This document shows positions 11,599-25,739 of a stretch of 64,000 nt of DNA, piece after piece (position 1 is the first letter of the stretch; the number at the start of each line of letters is the position of its first letter). The notes beneath the pieces are model-generated. The model had not been told where the DNA came from. It searched no databases and saw nothing but the letters and a program-made list of their open reading frames with translations. Source of the DNA: Zootoca vivipara (Eukaryota). The DNA is taken from contig NC_083276.1 in assembly GCF_963506605.1 (NCBI RefSeq), forward strand, positions 85,188,001 through 85,252,000, in the 5' to 3' direction. The translations under genes were made by a program, and so were the position numbers.

Positions 11599-13377
11599 TT
11601 TTAGATGTAATATTGATCTGTTTTTCACCCTTCCAACACCCCTCTCCTTTTCTCTCAGGCTGTCTGAAGATTGTGGCTCTGTGGGCAGAGACCTATCATT
11701 CTATATCCATACAACACTTTGTGCATATTAGGTGCTTTCATAAATGACCAGTTATGATGTGTGTGTAGTTTGATGGGGTCATAGGCTGTGATCTTGGGCT
11801 CACAGTTATCACGCTAGGCAGTATTTTCCCCCTTCGGTTACATTTTTGGCTTTTAACCAGTTAATTAACTGATTCCTCTTCAATATTCTTACATATTAAA
11901 TTAGGCACTTTACATTTATAAAGATGAGTGAGGTGCACACTGCATATGTAAAATAAATACATGGCAAACCTCAGTGAAGTTGCCTCTCTGAGGATGCTGA
12001 GGGCAACTTAGTACCTCTTAGATGTGTAAGGTGATCCATGCGACTTCAGCATTTCTGAGATCCAGGCCCATGAGGCAGATGAGGCAACCGCCTCACCTGG
12101 AAGGATCCACATGGACTGCAAATCTGGCCTCCAAGGAATGCATCACTCACCAGTACGGCAACGGTGCCAGCAGCAGCAGCTACAATATGCTCCTTGGAGG
12201 CCAGATACGCAACCTCCTTGGCAGCTTCTCCCCCATGCTGAGTCGATCTCTCAGCTGGTCTCATCCAACTCCGTTATCAGTGTTAATCTTTATCCCCCCC
12301 CTTTCCTGATGTAGATCTTCACTCCCCTCTTTTTTGTGGCAGGGTTTGTGTGCCATAATGTCTTCGTCTCCTACAAAATATGGGTTGGACTAGATGACCC
12401 ATGGAACACTTTCCAAATCTACAATTCTATGGCTCTGTGTATTTTGTGTTTTTATCTTGTATTTTTATGCTGTGAACTGTCCTGAGATCTTCAGATGAAG
12501 GGCAGTACAGGCAACTCCCAGTTTGCGCTGGCTTGCGTTCCAGGTGTTTGCATACTTGTGTGAAATCGTGTCTAATCAGAACACTCATTGAAAGCCTGTG
12601 TTCCACCCCTGCCCCATTCCAACTCTTTTTGTGATGTTTTTGGGTCGCTTCCAGGTTTGGCACAATGCACACATTTGCAGTTGCGCACATATGAGATGTG
12701 CCTAAAATGGTCGCTGGCTGTATACAAATTTCGCTGGCTGTATACAAATTTAATAAATAAATAGTCACAAGTGTCAGATTGCAGCCATGCATTCTGATGT
12801 GTTGTGTTTTGTGGCCCCACCATTTTTATACTTTCATAGTCATTCTATAATTAACTTTGACCCCTATGTTAGGAATGGCTTGGGTGAGTTGAACTTCCCC
12901 CACGCTAGGAAGATGAAGGATTAGATGAGAAGACCACAACTGCCTCCATAAGGAAAGTGGGGACGAGTCTCAAAAATTGTGCTGTTTAACTTTGCATCAA
13001 GGGGAAAGAGAATGCAGCAATATGCCCCCCAGCATCCAAAGGTGATTCAGCTCCTTAATGCATTGGAACAATTACATCTCATGCCCTTCTGCCAGCTGTT
13101 CTATCCTCAACAACTGGTGCTGTCTCTAGGGGTTCCTAACTAATCAGCCAGCCATACACAAGCAAGTGAAGGAAAAGTGGGTGGTATTTTGTTTCCTGTG
13201 TTGAAGTTGCTGCCTCCTATTGTTAGCTCAAGGCCTTCTCCTGCTGCATAAGTTAATTTGATCTGTCAGATCCATTCTATGCAGCACTAAAACAGATCAT
13301 GTCTTTTGTTGTATCCAGCAGGTATGGTCAGTAAATATCCCTTCCTTGCAAGGTTTTCAGATTAATTTGGACCTCAA

Positions 13378-13678
13378 CAGAAGGTTGGTGGTTCGAATCC
13401 CTGCGACGGAGTGAGCTCCTGTTGCTTGGTCCCAGCTCCTGCTCACCTAGCAGTTCGAAAGCACATCAAAGTGCAAGTAGATAAATACGTACCGTTACAG
13501 CGGGAAGGTAAACGGCATTTCTGTGTGCTGCTCTGGTTCGCCAGAAGCAGCTTTGCCATGCTGGCCACATGACCTGGAAGCTGGACGCCAGCTCCCTTGG
13601 CCAATAATGCGAGATGAGCGCCACAACCCCAGAGTCGGTCATGACTGGACCTCATGGTCAGGGGTACCTTTACCTTTA
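13378..13678 (+). mobile_element. Sauria SINE, 5'-truncated
   Basis: Starts at CAGAAGGTTGGTGGTTCGAATCC and ends in ACCTTTACCTTTA. Confidence 0.85.
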
Positions 13679-15924
13679 TTGATTGGCTGGTCTACTTGCA
13701 AGTGGTTTCCCTATTACTTCCCTCCATGTCCTTTACTGGCTCGGGGTGCCCAAATGCCACAGGAAGCAATGGGTTAAATTAGGTACTCCAAATGGCCCCA
13801 TCCCACTCCACCCCAATGACCAGCCTTGAAACTTCCAAAGCAAAAGTGTCTCTATTTGGTAGAGTTCAGTTGTCATTTCCTGAGTCCTTGGCACCCAGGC
13901 GAAGGCCAAGTAGCTTGCCATGTAAGAATAAGAAAAATTGCACCTCCCAAAACAAGTTATTCTATGCTTCTGTTGAAAGAACAATGTTGCATCCCGTCAC
14001 CCTACTGTGGTATTGGTGGAAAGAATGTCTGTGGTTTATATCTAGAAGGCTTGGCTGATCTAGTTGGTGAATTAAATGTGAGCAATCATTTCAGTTAATA
14101 CATCTCTGGAGTACCTACAAAGAACTTGGCATCATTATCTTTGATTCATTTGTTATAACAGACCAGAGTATAATTAGTTTGTTGAGCTACGGTAAATCAC
14201 TGAGTAACCAAACCTTCTATTTGACTTCATTAAAAGTGACTGAACCAATGAAATCACTTACTTTCACGTCATGGGACCAACCCCAAAACCAGCCACACAA
14301 TTACATCCACAAATTAGCTAAATGTTGAATAAGGAACCGAGGCAATAATAAATCCTACCACTTGTTAAGTGTATGATTGAGTAAATTATTCTGCAGATTT
14401 CCGAAGCGTGGGGCATCACATTGCCTTCCCTTATTTTCAGCCCCTCTAGGTGGAATAATAGGAAAGCAGGTGAGCAATTGCATAGATTTAACAGACTGCA
14501 GCAGATCCCTCAGTGTAGATTCCTGGTCCCCACATGTGTGTGACTGTCCAGTACTAGGGAGACAGTTTTGCTGCAGCCACATTTTCCCCCTCCCTCCCTG
14601 GAGCAGATGGAAGCAGCACCAACCCCTGTTTATCTTGCCACCCGTTGCCTGGTGCACTGTTTGCTCCGAGGACCATTTCCTGCTGCAGGCACAGATACAG
14701 CTGGGTTTATTTACCAGGTCTGGTTGATTAGATCAGGAATAGCTCCCACTGCCTCTCTTCTCTCTCTCTCTTCCCCCAACTCACACTCTCTCCCTGCTAC
14801 TGCCATCTGATTTCACTAACAAATCATCCTGCCCCCTTAGGAAGGAAATGCAAATAGGGCAGGGAGCCTGTCATTTACCCCAATACAGCCAGGTGCTAAG
14901 GTGGCAGGAAAAGCATCTCCTTCAGTGAGAGCTAGATGTCCAGGCCACTGAGTCCATTCCAAATACAAGGAAAGCTCATTAAAACCAGAGTACACCACCT
15001 GTTATTTATCACTTTGGGTACTGTGGACCAGCAGGCAGTTCTGGCAGCATTTTGGACAGGGCACTCTTGTTTTTTTCTGACACTCCTTCGCTCCAGCACA
15101 AATGTTCTTGAACCTTAAGCTTAGGAATGACCAGTCGCCTCTTTCTCATGCACTCACTTGCAAGTTTCTGATTGCTCATTGCCTCATCATCCTCACGGGT
15201 TGCCTGATCTGAAAATCCCAAGAGGGCAGCGAGCTCCGGGACCTCTTGTGGAGAGTCTCCATCTTCAGTCTGTTACCTCTATAGTGCCCCTTTGGACCTC
15301 ACTACTCCCTTGAGATTTCCAGGTCTAGGCAGGTCTTTGCCTCTTTAGGAGCTTTTCCACAATATTGCAGCTATTAAAGGGACATAGACCACACCATACA
15401 AAGGTGGCAGCCTTACCTCTAGTTTCCAAAATACCTCTGCCTATCCACACCTTTCCTGCCGTCATCTCACAGGCTTTCCCATCCTGAACCCCTTAATGTT
15501 AGATGTTCTTCCAAGATGCGAACCATATAACCCTTCAAGCATAACACTAAATTTGGCTTTATAAAGGTGGCGAGGAAATCCAATGTGAAAAATAAATAAA
15601 AGGGCACTCTCACAGCAACATATGGACATGTGTGCAACACCAGTATTTGGAAGGGACATTTGGATGTGCCAGCCCACAGGGTCAGATTTCTTGGGAAGAC
15701 CTTGCTTCTCAGCTTTCTGGTCTGCTTCAGTCTGCTTCACACCCAGTTCTCCTTGTACCCAGCCAAATTGATACCCTCTTCCCTCCCTGGAGTGAAGGTA
15801 CTGTTTAGCTTATTGGTTTGTCCCTTGAGCTGATGGAATGTTCATGACCAGCATCATCTGGTCAGGTTACCTTGGATCAAGTTCAATTCTTGCAGTCTGA
15901 GAATGCAGACAAGCTACTCGAAGG

Positions 15925-16135
15925 AGATTGACTAAGTGTCCTTTTGACTCTTGCCCATCATGGCTTAAAAAGGGCAGGTGAAAGGGTGTTGCTGGGTGAG
16001 TCCACTGAGTTACGAATGCCTTGTCGTGCAGGAAGGAGAAGGTGCCACTGGTCCTTAAGGAGGCAATGGTCCATCCCCTTCCCAAGAGAGATTCCCTGGA
16101 TACAGAGGTATTGAACAACTATTCACCTCCAAATA
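15925..16135 (+). mobile_element. L2 LINE ORF2 fragment
   Basis: Degraded CPFDSCPSWL..KVPLVLKEAMVHPLPKRDSLDTEVLNNY, the L2/CR1 region just before the RT (YRP motif). Confidence 0.65.
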
Positions 16136-16555
16136 ACCTCTTATCAGACAAGTTGCTTGATAGTGCATCAAAACTGCCTTTGTCACTCTGCTCAGTCAAT
16201 TCCTGCATTAGATTTTACTTCCAAATTCTGTAGGTGCCTTACAGTGCGTTACAGTTGTGCTTTTCTAGAAAGCCCAAAGCACACATACAATGCATCATTA
16301 ATGATGCCCCTGTAAGGTAGGCCAATACGATTAACCACATATCATATAGCTCAAGGGTAGTAGTTCACTGAAGGCACCTACTGAGTTCTTGACTAAGCTG
16401 AGCTGTTTGCTCAGAGGGGCACCCAGTTCAAAGCTCATGCTCTTACCCACTCCCCAGATGCCTTTAGGAGAAGGATCTTTTGAGAGGAAGGCTCTGAAGG
16501 AACCTCTGAAAGGAAGAGCATCAGCTTAATGTTTCTCTGTATTTGGACACTGGGA

Positions 16556-16557
<2 letters not shown>

Positions 16558-16597
<40 letters not shown>
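16558..16597. repeat. (CA)n microsatellite; others at ~23848-23890 (CA), ~22658-22676 (TG), ~5621-5651 (CATT)
   Basis: Read directly from sequence. Confidence 0.95.
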
Positions 16598-16599
<2 letters not shown>

Positions 16600-17263
16600 T
16601 GCCCTTGGTACACAGTGTGAAAGGAAACAGGCCTGCTGATATCCTGAGCATAGCTTCTCCCGCCCCCGCCCTGAACATCAAGTTACCTGTCTGGCCTCTC
16701 TGATTGCTATGGGGACTAATCCACCTGAAAGGCCACAAAAGACCAGCCAGCTGTTACCACACAGATGATGATGTCTCAATGCCTGGCTCCTGGGACTGAA
16801 CAAGGGTCTCTAATTGATGCCACTTCCATAGTGGAAGCCTCCTAGCTCCATAGAACTGTATAGCATAGGACCTTAAACATATGAACCCACAGAACTGACA
16901 CACTATGGAACTGCTTTGTTTAAATAAAAAGTGTGCCACCTCTCTCAAACTTGAGGCAGCTAACAACAGTGATAAAAAGTGAGATGGAATTTCACAGCTA
17001 AAACAAAAACAAGGACTGGGGGGATTAGAATGCCTATATCTAATTTCCCCCCAAAAAATATGTGCATTGTATTCCCCCCCCTGCATGTCAAGAGAGAGGG
17101 AGGGACACAACAGGATTTCTTCCTGTAAACTGGACCAGTGTGTTGGGGCAACCACTGTGAAGGTCCTGCTTCCTTCCTCAGTATCGAAACTCCTCAGCAG
17201 GGCCCAACAAGAGGGACTTTAACTGGCAGCGGTACTAAACAAAATATAGTAACCTTACTATTA

Positions 17264-17616
17264 GAACACGGCTGGCGCTGTGGGTTAAACCACAGAGCCT
17301 AGGGCTTGCCGATCAGAAGGTCACCGGTTCGAATCCCCGCGACGGGGTGAGCTCCCGTTGCTCGGTCCCAGCTCCTGCCAACCTAGCAGTTCAAAAGCAC
17401 GTCAAAGTGCAAGTAGATAAATAGGTACCTCTCCAAGCAAGAAGGTAAACGGCATTTCCATGTTCTGCTCTGCTTTGCCAGAAGCGGCTTTGTCATGCTG
17501 GCCACATGACCTGGAAGCTGTACGCCGGCTCCCTCGGCCAATAACACAAGATGAGCACCCCAACCCCAGAGTCAGTCACAACTGGACCTAATGGTCAGGG
17601 GTCCCTTACTATTTAC
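17264..17616 (+). mobile_element. Sauria SINE
   Basis: Same consensus; TSD CCTTACTATTA at 17253-17263 and 17617-17627. Confidence 0.88.
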
Positions 17617-17912
17617 CCTTACTATTAAAACAATCTCACGTAAAAAGAAAGGCTCCAAAACAGAATCATTTAAGGTCGTCGTCGTCAGCAGCAGCAGCAG
17701 ATCATGTCAACAGTACTTTCACCTGAAAGTCTTAACAAAGTGGTTTTGTATTTTATCCTTAAGGCAAGGAGTGGGTCAAACAGGGAAGTTTAACTAGTGC
17801 AGTTGTTCACCTCACTCATGCAGCACTGAGAAAACAACCATATACTGAAATGTCTTCTACGCAACTATTAAAAATGATGGGGGCCTTGGATAACAACAAT
17901 ATGATCTGCAGA

Positions 17913-18238
17913 TCCCATGGACTGCAAGAAGATCAAACCTATGCATTCTGAACACAATCAGCCCTGAGTGTTCACTGGAAGGACAGATCCTGAAGCTGAG
18001 GCTCCAATACTTTGGCCACCTCATGAGAAGAGAAGACTTCCTGGAAAAGACCCTGATGTTGGGAAAGATTCAGGGCACAAGGAGAAGGGGACGACAGAGG
18101 ATGAGATGGTTGGACAGTGTTCTCGAAGCTACCAACAGGAGTCTGACCAAACTGCGGGAGGCAGTGGAAGACAGGAGTGCCTGGCGTGCTCTGGTCCATG
18201 GGGACACGAAGAGTTGGACACGACTAAACAACAACAAC
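17913..18238 (+). mobile_element. Bov-B (RTE) LINE 3' fragment
   Basis: Encodes LEKTLMLGKIQGTRRRGRQRMRWLD, has a (CAA)n tail, and TSD ATGATCTGCAGA at 17901-17912 and 18239-18250. Confidence 0.9.
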
Positions 18239-21200
18239 ATGATCTGCAGAATTAGCTGTCTCCATACTCTGAAAAGTTGAAGTCAATTTGAAGTCCAAGT
18301 AGATTCCCCTCCCCCCTTTCTGGCCAGTTATTGGCAACCCTATGCGAAACTCAAAATAATTGTATAGAAAAGGGAACTTCGCTATTCAAAATACAGGAAC
18401 CCAGTCCTCCTTGTTTCAGCTGGGCACCCTAGCTGAAGCCTTGTCCTCTATTATTTCCTTGTATTCAGTAGAGGATGCTTTTCAAAGGGGGCTTGGGTTG
18501 GGAAAATGTAGTGTTTGTGTTGTGAAATTGATGGAAACTGAATAATAATAAACACCCTAATTTGTGTTGGTAGCAGAATATCTACAGTTTAGGGAGTGGA
18601 CAATTTCCACCTTCAGTGGTCAGCCCTGCTGCTGGGAAGAATCAGGGGCAACAGACTATTCAGCAGAGCAGATAGGGAAATTTCTCGTCACACAGGGACC
18701 TAAACCTCTAGTGCTACCTGGCCCAGTTGCTAGGTAGCACACTTCCAGGGGAGGGGCTATTTCCCCTATGGTGATCATGGTAACACATGGAACCTTGAAA
18801 GAGCAGCAGTTATTGTTATTTTCCTCTATGGTTACCACAGAACCTTCAAAGATTAGGAGTTGGGAACAACCACTAATCAACAACCATTAGCAGCAGCAGT
18901 AATTAACAAGGGTTGAGGTGTGGACATTTCCCACTCTCATCCCTCCAGAGCTTTCACATTCCCCATTGCCTTAAAAAAAACTTATCATGCATCCTGGCAG
19001 CTGCCTTGGAGATTGTTGTGAGGAAGAAAGGTAGTGTAGACAGGTTGTGATACCATCACCTCTCTCTCAAATACACAAACCTGTAAACTATGGCAAATAC
19101 AATCTCCCCAGATATTTTTCTATTATGATGCATTCATCTTTCCTTGGCTCAGCAGTCTGGGTCACTGGGTGTGGCAGAGAAGGAAGGATGTTGGTCTGAC
19201 ATGATCAATGATCAGCAATTCCTTCTCTGGCCTTCTTGATTCTCTTTCAAGCCCAATAGCCTCTGTCTCCATAGTGGTTCTTTCAATGGACCACTGGCCT
19301 CAACTGTTCCCATTGTACCTCTTTTCCTGGCCTGCTGGACTCCTTTACCCTCACTCTGGCCAATGGCCTCTGACATGCTCCCCAAGGAGAAGCTCTTCCT
19401 GCTGCACTAGCCTCTTGGCTGTCCATAGCATTGCTTTTCCAGGCCCACTGGCCTGATTCACTGCCTCTGTTTCTGGTCTTTTGTTCTCTTTGCCTGCCAT
19501 AGGGCAAGGCTCTCTTCCTAGCCCACTGTCCTCAACTGTCTGCAGTGGGATCCTCTTCCTGGCTTGCTGGCCTCCTTGATTATATTCTTAGTGTCTCCCT
19601 TCTGGACCCTGGCTTCCTCTATTGCCCACAAACCAGCTCTTTTCTTCCTTCCCCTCTTCTGCCCGCAAGACAGTGTCTTTTGCTGGCCCACTAGCCTTTA
19701 GAATCTTCCCCAGAGGCACCCTCTTTCTAACTTCTTTTTCAATCCTGCACTAGTATCTGTGTTTTATGTCAGTCTCGCAGATCTGTCTCAGTCCAGTAAG
19801 TTCCATCTAATTCCCCAGCAATATGGAATAAATTTGTGACTGCACTCCTTGGCACATATAACTTACTGTTTTAAACATTTCTTTGTACCATATATGTGAT
19901 CTGCAAGTTTGAAGTTTAATTATAGGGTCATTCAAGATAAGCTGCAGTTGTAGGGTTTGCAACCAAGCTAATTCTAGACTGTTTATTATCTTTTGGCTTT
20001 CCCCATATATATTGAGTACAAACTCTGGGTTTATCTACATTATAGACGTAAGCTCTCGTAACAGCCATTTGGTCTTCTAAACAATATATCTGTCTTTTTC
20101 AATTAAGCCTAGGAGTGGAGTAACAAGGAAACTATTGGATAGGATTGAGGTTCTCATAGGGTTGCCAATAACTGGCCAGAAAGGGGGTGGGGATCCATCA
20201 GCAACTGCTTGGACTTTGAATTGACTTCAACTTTCCAGAGCATGGAGATAGCTGATTCTGCAGATTATACTGTTGTTAAAGGCTCAGAAAGCTGGTAACC
20301 CTAAGGCTTTGGCAGAAACATTATCCAAGGCTTTGTGTTCTTAATAACTTTGTCTGGCAGAAATCAACAGGTAAACACTTCCCAGCAAGGAACCATGAAA
20401 GCAGAAAATGTTTTGCTTGCAGTTTCTGCTTCTCCAGCAGCTCTTAAGGGTGCACAGTGCTTCTGCCACTAAAATATATAAAATGGCAATCCTAAAGTGT
20501 GGAAAATAGACATGGCTTCAGGGAGAGAATCCGAGGGATATTCTGCAGTGCTGAACAATCACCATTGATAGCATCAGCAATAAAACTTGCCTCTGATAGC
20601 TCATGAATGAAACCCTAGCGGGTGGATCTGTCCCTCCTGTACTTGGTGATGATTGTGGTTACAGTGAGAACAGAACATCCTATTGCCCGAGGGTACCCAG
20701 ACAGACAGCTGGGTGGGAACAACAACCCTGCCTGATAGAGGGACTGAATATTTCATCCTTATTCAGCCACCTTGTGAGCTCATGCTGACAGGTGAGATTT
20801 AAACCAGCAACATTTCAGCTTGTAATGTTCTTAGCTCCTATGCTACATGGTTCAATGGGAGCTTTTCCCCCCTATGCAAATTGCAGGCTTGCACACTTCA
20901 GATCAAAATCATAGCATGGAGCAAAGGATTAAAGTTCCCCTCACTTGCACTGAAAACTGGCCTGGCCTTCTTTCATTGCCTATTTGTATAAAAACAAAAG
21001 CAACAACCTAAACTAAAGGGCACAGCTCTAACGTTATGCTCTAGTTTAGCCCCTACAGTTGCTATGTGAATTTACCTTTTGGTTTCAAGCTTATAAAATT
21101 CCTAAACAACTGGCCCAGGGTTATAACTGATTTTTAAGCCTTGTAGCCCAGTCCTATGCACGCTTACCTAGATAGTTTGGTGCCCTTTAATGTTTTGTTA

Positions 21201-21516
21201 AAATTGGCTGCCAATTGGTTGGCAGAGGCCAAACTAAAATAAGATGCTGGAGATCTGTGTCTGAATCGCTCATCATTTAATGTTTTTTAAAGCAGCTGCT
21301 GGGCCTGGGCCACTTCCAGTAGAGACCACAGCACTAAGGAGGCAGGATGTTAACCCATTCAGCTAATGTAAAATACCACCAGGTGATTTTCTGGTATTTT
21401 CCTTCACCAGAAAGGCAGCCCTAATTAAGGTTGAGGATGGAAGGGGAGAGAGCACAGGAGGCAGCATCTGTCTCCCATATCCACACCATCCTAGGCATAA
21501 ATATTATTATCTAAAT

Positions 21517-21738
21517 CCATGGTTCCCAACGTGGGGCACACACCCCACAGTGGGAGAATTTGATTTTTAAGCGGGGCAATTCAAGAATGAGTTATTAACA
21601 GTTAATGGCCTTTTAGGCTTCCTCCACGTGAATAGGAGTTCACTTTTTGAATAATAAGAATTATATGTCAGGGGGGGGCTTCCAGGATTTTAGAGATGCT
21701 TAGGTGGCACATGGTCAAAAAAAGATTGGGAACCACTG
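21517..21738. mobile_element. Non-autonomous hAT element
   Basis: TGGTTCCCAA / TTGGGAACCACTG ends; TSD ATCTAAAT/ATCTAGAT. Confidence 0.72.
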
Positions 21739-23495
21739 ATCTAGATTTTCCTGCCACCCAATTCCTCAAAAATACATTAATATGAGACCAGTTGTCAAAG
21801 GTGGATTAAGTGGACTACTCAACAAACAACATATTCAGTTTGGTTGAGCCCCAACATGGTTCATTCCTGCAGGCACTCCTTCTCTCCCAAACTATTGTCT
21901 CATCTCTTGAGCCAGGACATTGTAGGTTGGAGCTAGGAGTCCTGGTTGCAGTCCTTGGCTAGTTGGGGTTAAGGTGACCTGCTAGGAATTGAAAAGATAC
22001 CAATCACTTCTGGAAAGCTGCTTGCCCTGGAGTCTTATGAGCACACATACCACACCATGCAGTTAACAGGAAAGAAATTCTACAGCAGCCGAAACCTCCT
22101 CTAGGGTTTCCACAGCCCAGCCCTGCACTATAAACTCCAACAGTCTCTCTCCAGCTGCTTCCAGACACCATGGACTCACATCTGACTGTTTGTTTGCTGG
22201 CATCCGTCTGTCTTGGGAGACAATGGTGGAGTGCGCTTTTGGGGGTGTTGGAAAGTTGTGACGCCTGCTGTGGTTGTAGAGACTGATATGGGAGAATGGC
22301 ATGGGCATAGCCGGGGAGGGGCTGAGGGGCAGCTGCCTCCCCATCAAGTAAATAAATAAAAACACTTAACTGACCAATTGAGTCGCAGATAACTTGGCTC
22401 TGCCCCCTCCCAACATAAAGCCTGCCCTAAAAAAAATCCTGGCTATGGCCATGGAGAGTGCCTCTGACTTGCAGACATAAAATGAAACGTGTCTGATTTT
22501 TCTGTGTCACATAGACCCCCAATATTGGTCTTACCATGTCCAAATCAGCCTTGCTCCACAGGAGCAGAAGAGATGACTGCCCAGAGAGGTACTGGAGTGG
22601 GTGGGACTGCTAGAGGGAATTTAATCACCCCTGCATGGCAAGCTGCATCTGCTAAACTGTGTGTGTGTGTGTGTGTCAAGACGACCTGTTAAACACACAT
22701 ACCTTTTCTTCCTTTGTACCTTGCTGCCCTATGAAGGACTAACTGCAGCTATATTTGCATCCCTGCTTTCTGTTTGCTCAGGGATGCATCCACAAAACAT
22801 GCTGTAGTTAACTCCTAGCTACTACATCCTGGTGCCTTACCCTGACAAGTGGGAACTTCCCACTACCCTCCCATTCCCTGTCTGGGCAGGCTTTTTACCC
22901 TGACCCAAGATGCAGATCAAAAGTCTGAAAAACACAGGACAAGTTGGGTGCACTGCTGCAGAGTCCAGCCCCTGCCAGCACTTCCTGTTCCTTGAAGAGA
23001 TGTAGAGAAGAAGACTGAATTTGACTAGGTGGGCTTCTTTTTAAGGGCTGGGAAAGGCAGGCACTAGAGTCCCAGCTGTTGTGAAAGGATGACATGTTGG
23101 CACCACCCCTGACTTCACTTCTATTATATCCAGGTTAAAAAACAAAACCTTTCCTCATGAGGAGCTGTTGCAACTAAAACAAGGGACAGCATAAAGTGCA
23201 GAAATAAAAGAGCAACATATTTATTTGGGACTTTGGCAGCCCTACCTACCTCTCTCCATGTCCAACATGCCTTATGACTCGGTTGTGACCTTCCTTCTTC
23301 TGGGCTAAATGTCACTTCATGTCAAGTCTTTTTGCTCTCTTATGCTGCAATGAAACCAATGAACAAAGTGAGAGCAAAGATAGCCCCCCCCCCCGAAATA
23401 ACGGTCACAGATTGTGTAATGTTAATTAATATATATACCCTGTTTTTCCATAAAATTCTGATATTCTAGAATAAAAGGCAGCCTTTCATGAAGGC

Positions 23496-23538
<43 letters not shown>

Positions 23539-23703
23539 TTATTATTTATACCCCGCCCATCTAGCCAGGTTCCCCCAGCCACTCTGGGCGGCTTCCAACA
23601 AAATATTAAAATACAGAAATCCATCAAACATTAAAAGCTTCCCTAAACAGGGCTGCCTTGAGATGCCTTCTGGTAGTTGTTGTTCTCTTTGACCTCTGGT
23701 GGT
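23496..23703 (-). mobile_element. L2-type LINE 3' end with (TTA)n tail; another L2 3' end at ~46631-46965 (+)
   Basis: GGAAGCCGCCCAGAGTGGCTGGGG..GGGCGGGGTATAAATAATAAA(TTA)n. Confidence 0.7.
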
Positions 23704-23845
23704 CAACCACTGTGTTTGTGCATATAATAAATGTACACTGGTTCCCACTGGTTTATGTGTAATGTGAAATGTGGTTGTGTTGGTCACAATTACATTTTAG
23801 GGGTGTCACAGCTATTTTAGGCATGTTATCTGTGACAGGTGACGT

Positions 23846-23891
<46 letters not shown>

Positions 23892-25739
23892 AAATAACTT
23901 TTGAAAAACTATTTGATAGTTAAAAATATTATTTGGAGGCCATGCACTCCTCTAGTTTATGAATCTAGCTGTACTCTTTCTTTAAGGAACTCCCTCCCTC
24001 GGGTCACTTCTGCATCATTTTTTTTGAACTTTCACTTTAGACACAGGGTTGCCAACTTGGAAAAAAGTAGCTTCTGTTTTTGTGCTTTTAATGGAAACAT
24101 TAGTAGGTGACAATGGTGTGAAATCATCACCTGATTTCAAGCTGTTTTACAAGGCACAGGAGCTGAACAGTTGTTTTCTGGCCAGTTGACAATCTTAACT
24201 AAATATTATGCATTTCCCGTGGAGCATAAAATTGACCAGTTTTATTTAAGGGAGAAACAGCAGCATAACAGGATCTCACTCGTATCTATCACACTTTCAT
24301 TATTAAAAAGTCACTGGTGGGCAGGGGAATATCATGAAACAGTTAAAAAATAAATACTTTCAGAATGCTTTCAGGGGTGAAATGCAAGGAAAAATCCTGA
24401 AGAATGATATTTGGGTCTTGGAATTATAGGCAGAAAAATTAAGATTTGAGAAATGACTTTAGTGCATAAGAAAACAAAAGGCAATGTGGGAATAATAAGA
24501 ATGCAAGTGAGTGCAGGTTGCATCTGAATATAGTTGTGTTTAAACGAAATCTATGTCAATGAAGTGCGGCACAGTTTTCAGGGTGTCCTGGTTTTTACTT
24601 TTTGAAACATGGCAACCCTAAAATAAATGAAAGCTTGAAGCATTTCCAATTTGCTAGGAGGGAGGCCTCCTAGAATGCTATCTGATAGATTGAGGAGAAA
24701 AGAGGAACTGATCTGAAGGGAGCAGTCCTGATCTGCGCATATGGTTGCCACCATGTTAGGAACCAATATTCTATGCCCTTTGCAGTTACAGCGTAAAAGA
24801 AATTTAACAAGTACAGCTGTCATCATAATTTCATTTCCATGCAAACAAAGAAAGAAATGAAAAAGTCTTGCCTGTTGGGTGCCTACCTGCCAAATAGCAA
24901 TTAAAAGAACAGTCTCCTTCCATAAAAAACAGATGGCATCCCATTTGTGAAGAAGCAGATTTGTGTTCTCTTAAGCAGTTAAACCATACATGGTTCAAGT
25001 GAGAGAGAGAGCTTAAATGTGTTGGTCTGTCGCTTATATATCACCAAAAAAGAGGACACAGATTTGCATAGCTAGGAAAAATATTGCCATAAATAAACTT
25101 GTCAAGACAGTTTTAAACCGGTGGGGTTAAACAGATAGCAGTGCTGTTTGAGATTACAGTCCTTACTAGGGAGTAAGCCCCATTGAACCCAGTGGGACTA
25201 CCTTCTAAGGAGATGCTCTTCGTATGATGCCTAGAGGGGACCTAGCTCTCAATTATCAATTTGTTTCAACAAATGGAGACTGGCTCAAAAGACTTAGGTT
25301 CATGGAGCAACCTTTTCAGATGAGTGTTTTTAACACACACATGTGGGCTGTTTATCATTTTGTTCAGACTGTATTGGGGGCTTTGCTATTAGCATATTTG
25401 AAGTGACCAACAGCTTTTTTATTTCTTTGTGCTTCTTTTTCCGATAGCATTGTAACTGCTATTTTCTAATACCCACCTGTTGAGCTCTGACTCGCTGCCA
25501 TTTCTGGGGAAGGAGAAAATGTTTTGTTTGAATGGGGTGGATGAACTTCCTGAGAAGGTTTAATTGTACAGATGGTGATTTTCATCTAACCCATGAGTTT
25601 GAAAGGGGGGTGTCTCATTAAAGTGGTACCCATTAACATGTAAATGTTGATACATATGTAAGTAGTGTTTTTGCTGTCTTAACTGCAGAACTGTTACCAT
25701 GGAGTTTAGGCTGTACTTTGTGGTAATTTTCCTCTTAAC

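Noticed and set aside
12710-12752. Short 20-21-bp tandem duplications (also ~46977-47018 and ~63509-63543)
   Set aside because: Ordinary slippage duplications, not repeat-spacer arrays; no CRISPR-like structure anywhere.
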